32,000 bases of DNA from the NCBI GenBank assembly GCA_965224465.1, contig OZ245049.1:2370001-2402000 (forward strand). Direction: 5' to 3'. Positions 26,446 through 32,000 of this stretch are shown piece by piece. The notes beneath the pieces are model-generated. The model was not told where the DNA came from. It saw nothing but the letters and a program-made list of their open reading frames with translations, and ran no database searches. The position numbers were made by a program, and so were the translations under genes. Numbering within the stretch: position 1 is the first letter of the stretch; the number at the start of each line of letters is the position of its first letter. This DNA comes from Flavobacteriaceae bacterium (GTDB taxonomy: Bacteria; Bacteroidota; Bacteroidia; Flavobacteriales; Flavobacteriaceae).

Positions 26446-27042
26446 CTAGGTCTTAGGAAAAATCCGTTTATTAAAAAGAATCATTAGGGTAACCCCCATA
26501 GAAATAGCACTGTCGGCAATGTTAAAAATAGCATTGAAAAAAGTAAATTCTCTCCCTCCAAAATAAGGAATCCAAGAAGGCAAATCCACCGTAAAAAAAG
26601 GGAAATACAACATATCTACCACTTTACCGTGAAAAAGAGACCCATAAGGTTGGTCTGCAAATAACGTAGCTGTTTCTCTAAAAGGAGTATCAAAAATAAT
26701 TCCATAAAAAACAGAATCAATAATATTCCCTACTGCACCAGCAAAAATCATAGACACCGCAATAATTAGGATTTTATGCGTACCTTTTTTAATAGAAGTA
26801 AACAACCAATATCCAATACCAGAGATAGCGACCAAGCGGAATAATGTTAAAAATAATTTCCCTGTTTTTCCACCAAACTCAGCTCCCCATGCCATGCCAT
26901 TATTTTCAATAAAACGAATTTTGAACCATTCAAAAACAACTACTTCACCAGCACTTCCCATCAAGAAATTGGTTTTGATATAGATTTTACTAATTTGATC
27001 AATTAATAAAATAAGAACGATGATAATGATTGATTTTTTCAA
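26446..27042 (-). CDS. lspA: Lipoprotein signal peptidase II
   Basis: 198-aa 4-TM protein with the conserved regions ...NNGMAWG... and ...FNIADSAI.... Confidence 0.9.
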   Translation of the reverse strand: MKKSIIIIVLILLIDQISKIYIKTNFLMGSAGEVVVFEWFKIRFIENNGMAWGAEFGGKTGKLFLTLFRLVAISGIGYWLFTSIKKGTHKILIIAVSMIFAGAVGNIIDSVFYGIIFDTPFRETATLFADQPYGSLFHGKVVDMLYFPFFTVDLPSWIPYFGGREFTFFNAIFNIADSAISMGVTLMILFNKRIFPKT

Positions 27043-27117
27043 TGAGGTAATTTTTTAGTTGATAAAAAATAGGATTCCAAACCACGTTCAAAATCCTATT
27101 CTTAAGTAATATTATAT

Positions 27118-27498
27118 TTATTTTTGCATTTTTTTAGCTTCAATACTAAGTGTAGCATGAGGCACTAATTTTAAACGCTCTTTTTGAATTAATTTTCCTG
27201 TTACACGACAAATCCCATAGGTTTTGTTTACTATACGCAGCAATCCATTTTTCAAATCGCGAATAAATTTCTCTTGGCGAATTGCCAATTGCACATTTGC
27301 TTCTTTGGACATGGTCTCAGACCCTTCTTCGAAAGCTTTAAAAGTAGGAGAGGTGTCTTCAGTTCCGTTATCACTATCGTTTTTAAAGGCACTTTGAATC
27401 ATTCTCAAATCTTCTTCAGCATTGGTTATTTTTGCCAAAATGATTTCTTTAAACTCTACTAAGTCTTTATCTGAATATTTTTCTCTCTTGTCTTCCAT
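27118..27498 (-). CDS. DksA/TraR family regulator-like protein
   Basis: 126 aa with a coiled-coil N-half and a C-terminal ...YGICRVTGKLIQKERLKLVPHATL... region. It sits between ileS and lspA, as is common in Bacteroidetes. Confidence 0.75.
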   Translation of the reverse strand: MEDKREKYSDKDLVEFKEIILAKITNAEEDLRMIQSAFKNDSDNGTEDTSPTFKAFEEGSETMSKEANVQLAIRQEKFIRDLKNGLLRIVNKTYGICRVTGKLIQKERLKLVPHATLSIEAKKMQK

Positions 27499-27499
27499 G

Positions 27500-30400
27500 T
27501 TAATGCATTTTCTCGATTAATATAAGGGTTTGTATATCATCAAAAGCAATTTCCACGCCATTTTCTAACGATTCGACAAATACTAATTCGTCAGTAAGGG
27601 TTTCGCTCTTAATATAAAATTCGTTCGCAAGCACCGCTTCTTTTAAAGTATCATTTTGCTGTATGGATAATCTAATTTGGTCCGTCACATCAAAACCTGA
27701 TTCCTTACGGATATTTTGTACGCGATTTACTAGTTCTCGTGCATTTCCTTCCTTGCGTAATTCTTCTGATATGGTAACGTCTAGCGCAACTGTTAAATTG
27801 CCTTGATTTGAAACTAACCAGCCTTCGATATCTTGGGAAGAAATCTCAACTTCATTAAGTGTTAAAACTACGGATTTCCCATTGATTTCCAAGGTTATTT
27901 CTCCTTCTTTTTCAATTTTAGAAATCCCTTCTTGATCAATGTTTTGTATTGCTTGTCCAACAAAGCGCATCTCTTTCCCGTACTTAGGTCCTAATACTTT
28001 GAAATTAGGCTTGATGTTCTTTACCAAGATCCCAGAGGCATCATCTAACAATTCTATCTCCTTAACATTTACCTCAGATTTTATCAAATCGGCAATCGCC
28101 AAAATATCATCTCTATCGCTTTGATCCAATACAGGAATCATAATACGTTGCAGAGGTTGACGTACTTTTATCATCTCTTTTTTACGTAAAGACAAGACCA
28201 TAGAAGCAATTTTCTGTGCCTTTTGCATCTTGCGTTCCAGTACTTTATCTACGAGTTCCTCATTATACGTTGGATAATATGCCAAGTGAATAGATTCGAA
28301 AGATTCTTTTCCTGTTACTGCAATTAAATCCTTGTATAGGTTGTCCATAAAGAATGGTGCAATAGGCGAAGCCAATTTAGAGACCGTAAGCAGACAAGTG
28401 TATAATGTTTGATATGCAGATATTTTATCTGTTGCATATTCCCCTTTCCAGAAGCGTCTTCTACTCAATCTTACAAACCAGTTACTCAAGTTTTCAGATA
28501 CAAAATCTTGAATCGCTCTTGCTGCTCTTGTAGGTTCGTATGTTGCATAGAATGTATCTACATTCTTAACCAAGGTATTTAATTCGGACAATACCCAACG
28601 GTCTATTTCTGGACGTTCATCGGAAGGCACATCAGCTTCTGCATAGATAAAACCATCTAAATTTGCATATAAAGAGAAGAATGAATACGTATTGTACAAC
28701 GTTCCGAAAAACTTACGACGTACTTCGTCTATTCCAGACACATCAAATTTTAGGTTATCCCAAGGGTTTGCATTGGAAATCATATACCATCGGGTCGCAT
28801 CTGGACCATAGGTGTCCATGGTTTTAAATGGATCTACGGCATTCCCTAAACGCTTAGACATTTTCTTACCAGTTTTATCCAACACCAATCCGTTAGATAC
28901 AACATTTTTATAGGCTACAGAATCAAAAACCATCGTACCAATAGCATGCAAGGTATAAAACCATCCACGCGTTTGATCTACTCCTTCTGCAATAAAATCG
29001 GCAGGGAAGAATTTTTTATCATCTATCAATTCTTTATTTTCGAATGGGTAATGCCATTGTGCATAAGGCATAGAACCAGAGTCAAACCACACATCAATCA
29101 AATCATTTTCACGTTTCATTGATTTCCCAGAGGCAGAAACTAAGATTACTTGATCTACAATATTTTTATGTAAATCGATTTTATCATAGTTCTCTTCCGA
29201 CATATTTCCTACTTCAAAATCAGCAAAAATATCTTCGGTCATAAAACCTGCTGCAATGGATTTTTTCATTTCCTCTTTCAACTCTCCTACAGATCCAATT
29301 AGAATTTCTTCCAATCCATCTTCGGTACGCCAAATAGGTAATGGCACTCCCCAATATCTAGAACGAGATAAATTCCAGTCATTGGCATTTTTTAACCAGT
29401 TTCCAAAACGGCCTTCACCGGTAGATTTTGGTTTCCAATTAATGGTATTGTTCAAATCGAACATGCGATCACGCTTGTCTGTCACTTTTACAAACCAAGA
29501 ATCCATTGGATAATACAAAATAGGCTTGTCTGTCCTCCAGCAATGTGGATAACTGTGCTTGTATTTTTCTACGTGAAAGGCTTTATTTTCTTCTTTAAGT
29601 TGGATGGCAATCTCCACGTCCATAGAACGCGCTGGAGCTTCACCATCTTCATAATATTCGTTCTTTACATATTTAAGCGCATAAGGCCCCATGTGCTTGG
29701 TAAACTTTCCTTGTAAATTTACCAATGGTACTGGATTGTCATTTTCATCCAATACTAACATTGGCGGCACCTCTGGTTCCGCTTGTTTAGCTACCAGCGC
29801 ATCATCTACTCCAAAAGTAGGAGCTGTATGTACAATTCCTGTTCCATCCTCTGTGGTTACAAAATCACCAGCAATAACACGGAATGCATTTTCAGGGTTT
29901 TGATATGGCAAAGCATAAGGCATTAACTGCTCGTATTTTGCTTCTAATAAATCTGCTCCTTTAAATTCTTTAAGAATGATATAAGGAATCTTTTTATCGT
30001 TTGCTTTATATGCTTTTAAATCTTCTTTGTTTTCAACGATAAAAAACTTTTTAGAAAATTGTTTCCCTACTAAGTTTTTCGCTAGAATAACTTGCGTTAC
30101 TTCAAACGTATATTGATTGAATGATTTCACCAATACATAGTCTATTTTTTTACCAACAGTCAACGCGGTATTACTTGGCAAGGTCCACGGTGTGGTAGTC
30201 CAAGCTAAAAAATACAGATCACCTTCAAATGCTTGTAACATTTCTGGCAACGTATTTTTGACAGCTTTAAACTGCGCCACAATGGTTGTATCCGTAACAT
30301 CTTGATAGCAGCCAGGCTGATTCAATTCATGAGAACTCAATCCTGTACCCGCTTTAGGCGAATACGGCTGAATGGTATAACCTTTGTATATCAAGTTTTT

Positions 30401-30910
30401 TTTGTACAATTGAGACAACAACCACCATACAGTTTCCATGTATTTAGGCTTATAAGTTACGTAGGCATCTTCCATGTCTACCCAGTGCCCCATACGTTTG
30501 GTTAATTCTTCCCAAACATCTGTATAACGCATTACGGCGGTACGACATGCTTGGTTATACGCTTCTACAGATATTTTTTTGCCAATATCTTCTTTCGTAA
30601 TTCCCAGCTCTTTTTCTACCCCCAACTCAATAGGTAAACCATGCGTATCCCAACCAGCTTTTCGCTTAACTTGAAACCCTTTTAGTGTTTTATAACGACA
30701 GAAAATATCTTTAATAGCACGTGCCATCACATGGTGAATCCCAGGCAATCCATTGGCTGATGGAGGTCCTTCGAAAAACACGAATGGTTTATTGGCGTCT
30801 CTGGTAGAAATACTTTTTTCAAAAATATTTTTTTCTTCCCAAAAACGCAATGTTTCAGCTGCTACATCTGTTAAATTCAGCCCTTTATATTCTCTAAATT
30901 TTACGCTCAT
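27500..30910 (-). CDS. ileS: Isoleucine--tRNA ligase (long, type 2 form)
   Basis: HIGH-type motif (PGIHHVMAR) and the KMSKR motif as KKMSKRLGN. The start is set at MSVKFREYKGLNL (30910). The 28-codon GTG-initiated extension overlaps the upstream terminator. Confidence 0.95.
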   Translation of the reverse strand: MSVKFREYKGLNLTDVAAETLRFWEEKNIFEKSISTRDANKPFVFFEGPPSANGLPGIHHVMARAIKDIFCRYKTLKGFQVKRKAGWDTHGLPIELGVEKELGITKEDIGKKISVEAYNQACRTAVMRYTDVWEELTKRMGHWVDMEDAYVTYKPKYMETVWWLLSQLYKKNLIYKGYTIQPYSPKAGTGLSSHELNQPGCYQDVTDTTIVAQFKAVKNTLPEMLQAFEGDLYFLAWTTTPWTLPSNTALTVGKKIDYVLVKSFNQYTFEVTQVILAKNLVGKQFSKKFFIVENKEDLKAYKANDKKIPYIILKEFKGADLLEAKYEQLMPYALPYQNPENAFRVIAGDFVTTEDGTGIVHTAPTFGVDDALVAKQAEPEVPPMLVLDENDNPVPLVNLQGKFTKHMGPYALKYVKNEYYEDGEAPARSMDVEIAIQLKEENKAFHVEKYKHSYPHCWRTDKPILYYPMDSWFVKVTDKRDRMFDLNNTINWKPKSTGEGRFGNWLKNANDWNLSRSRYWGVPLPIWRTEDGLEEILIGSVGELKEEMKKSIAAGFMTEDIFADFEVGNMSEENYDKIDLHKNIVDQVILVSASGKSMKRENDLIDVWFDSGSMPYAQWHYPFENKELIDDKKFFPADFIAEGVDQTRGWFYTLHAIGTMVFDSVAYKNVVSNGLVLDKTGKKMSKRLGNAVDPFKTMDTYGPDATRWYMISNANPWDNLKFDVSGIDEVRRKFFGTLYNTYSFFSLYANLDGFIYAEADVPSDERPEIDRWVLSELNTLVKNVDTFYATYEPTRAARAIQDFVSENLSNWFVRLSRRRFWKGEYATDKISAYQTLYTCLLTVSKLASPIAPFFMDNLYKDLIAVTGKESFESIHLAYYPTYNEELVDKVLERKMQKAQKIASMVLSLRKKEMIKVRQPLQRIMIPVLDQSDRDDILAIADLIKSEVNVKEIELLDDASGILVKNIKPNFKVLGPKYGKEMRFVGQAIQNIDQEGISKIEKEGEITLEINGKSVVLTLNEVEISSQDIEGWLVSNQGNLTVALDVTISEELRKEGNARELVNRVQNIRKESGFDVTDQIRLSIQQNDTLKEAVLANEFYIKSETLTDELVFVESLENGVEIAFDDIQTLILIEKMH

Positions 30911-30975
30911 TATTCCTAAATTCAATTGATTTGCGAAATTACATTTTTTATTGCATAAATTATTTGTTATTCCAT

Positions 30976-31009
30976 AAAAAAAAGCGTCTTTCACGAGGAA
31001 AGACGCTTT
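30976..31009 (-). terminator. Rho-independent terminator after the OmpA-family gene
   Basis: On the minus strand, AAAGCGTCTTTC pairs with GAAAGACGCTTT (12 bp, 30981-31009). A T-run follows (A-run 30976-30980 on the plus strand). Confidence 0.75.
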
Positions 31010-31070
31010 GATTTATAAAAAATATCTATAGAACGTAAAAAATTATTTAGTTCTCATCACAATACTGCTT

Positions 31071-31979
31071 TTATTTAAGCACTACAAACTCTGTTCTTCT
31101 ATTTAATTGATGCTCTTGTTTAGAACAAGACACTCCATTACTACATGTATTTTTCAATTTTGTTTCACCATAACCACGTCCCGAAATACGATTTGCATCT
31201 ATTCCTTTAGAAATGATATAAGCTACAGTAGAAGCAGCTCTTTTTGCGGACAATTTCATATTGTATTTGTCATTTCCTCTAGCATCGGTATGCGATCCTG
31301 ATTCCACAATAATTGTTGGCTGTGCTTTCATCGCTGCAACTACTTTATCCAATTCAACAGCGGCATCTGATCTGATATCGTATTTGTCAAAATCAAAATA
31401 AATAGGATTTATATCGATCACAACTGGTTCCTCAACAACTATTTTATCTAAGAGAATTACAACATTTAACACATCATTATTCAACTCCGAAATATGAACA
31501 GGCGTCCTTTTAGTTAGATACCCCACATTTTCGGTTGTTAACTCATAACGTTTATTACAATCAATACTATTCTCAAAAGCCATTGAATCCTCTAAATTAA
31601 CACGAGAAACAACCACTTCTTTATCCGTCAACAAGGTAACCAATGCATTATTTAACAAGTCACCCGTTGCTGCATCTTTTACAGTAACATGCAACATTTT
31701 ATTACAAATAAAACGCATAGGCTCTGGGCTAGAGAAATGATAAATATCGTCATCTCCTTTCCCCGCTTCTCTATTGGAAGAAAAATAACCTGCCGTATAA
31801 TCTGCATTCACAATCAAAGAAAAATCATCCACAGCTGTATTGATAGGTGCTGGTAAATGTTCGGATTTTAATATAAAAGTTGGATATATTTTTGTCACGT
31901 ACATGTCCAATCCTCCGAAATTATTTTCATGCCCTTCTGAAGCAAAATAAAGTTCGTTTCCTTTCACAAATGGAAACAT
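31071..31979 (-). CDS. OmpA-family protein (C-terminal OmpA/peptidoglycan-binding domain); probably only the C-terminal part of a longer protein
   Basis: The OmpA_C signature reads ...FDFDKYDIRSDAAVELDKV...TDARGNDKYNMKLSAKRA...NRRTEFVV. There is no signal peptide at the listed Met. The N-terminal sequence looks like the middle of a PD40-type repeat. Confidence 0.75.
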   Translation of the reverse strand: MFPFVKGNELYFASEGHENNFGGLDMYVTKIYPTFILKSEHLPAPINTAVDDFSLIVNADYTAGYFSSNREAGKGDDDIYHFSSPEPMRFICNKMLHVTVKDAATGDLLNNALVTLLTDKEVVVSRVNLEDSMAFENSIDCNKRYELTTENVGYLTKRTPVHISELNNDVLNVVILLDKIVVEEPVVIDINPIYFDFDKYDIRSDAAVELDKVVAAMKAQPTIIVESGSHTDARGNDKYNMKLSAKRAASTVAYIISKGIDANRISGRGYGETKLKNTCSNGVSCSKQEHQLNRRTEFVVLK

Positions 31980-32000
31980 TTCCTTTTCAACAGTATTGAC

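Noticed and set aside
30911-30994. N-terminal extensions of ORF-track models: ileS (+28 codons, GTG), ssb (+8), Trx-like (+28), DUF6428-like (+28), arsR (+4, TTG).
   Set aside because: In each case a downstream ATG gives the canonical family N-terminus. The extensions overlap terminators, neighbouring genes or promoter-like sequence.
1-32000. tRNA, rRNA, tmRNA or riboswitch genes.
   Set aside because: I saw no T-loop (GTTCGAATC-like) or cloverleaf candidates and no rRNA-like conserved blocks. No leader resembled a riboswitch class I can recognise by eye. Without a covariance-model scan this remains a weak negative.

Overview
This is a low-GC chromosomal segment of Flavobacteriia type. It carries the gliding-motility pair gldE-gldD, Bacteroidetes-style TAnnTTTG -7 boxes, and many lipoproteins. 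All product names come from reading motifs in the supplied translations; no database search was run.

Two blocks of housekeeping genes flank a central segment:
- Left block, 1-13686: M16 peptidase, EamA transporter, HMA-domain lipoprotein, ctaA, gldD, gldE, ssb, mutY, HU, RNase E/G, a patatin/Omp85 fusion and uvrC.
- Right block, 26446-32000: lspA, a DksA-like gene, ileS and an OmpA-family gene.

The central segment (13.7-26.4 kb, about 12.7 kb) is gene-sparse and patchwork. It holds an orphan PLP decarboxylase, a GH16 glycosidase, an ars operon (arsR, Trx-like gene, DUF6428-like gene, acr3, arsP-like gene; no arsC), glutaminase, and a thiol-redox lipoprotein/TlpA/beta-barrel module. These are separated by unusually long non-coding spacers of 0.45-0.96 kb.

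The most unusual signal is a non-coding interspersed repeat family of about 165 bp that I cannot assign to a named family.
- There are four full-length copies, one 3'-truncated copy and two internally deleted mini copies, all intergenic and all inside the central segment.
- They sit at the junctions between gene modules.
- They have imperfect inverted termini and nested helices with some compensatory or wobble substitutions.
- The conserved 3' module looks like an outward-facing Bacteroidetes promoter.

I saw no recombinase, transposase, CRISPR array, tRNA/rRNA gene or recognisable defence system. Whether the repeats are MITE-like mobile DNA, structured RNAs or portable promoters cannot be decided from this window.
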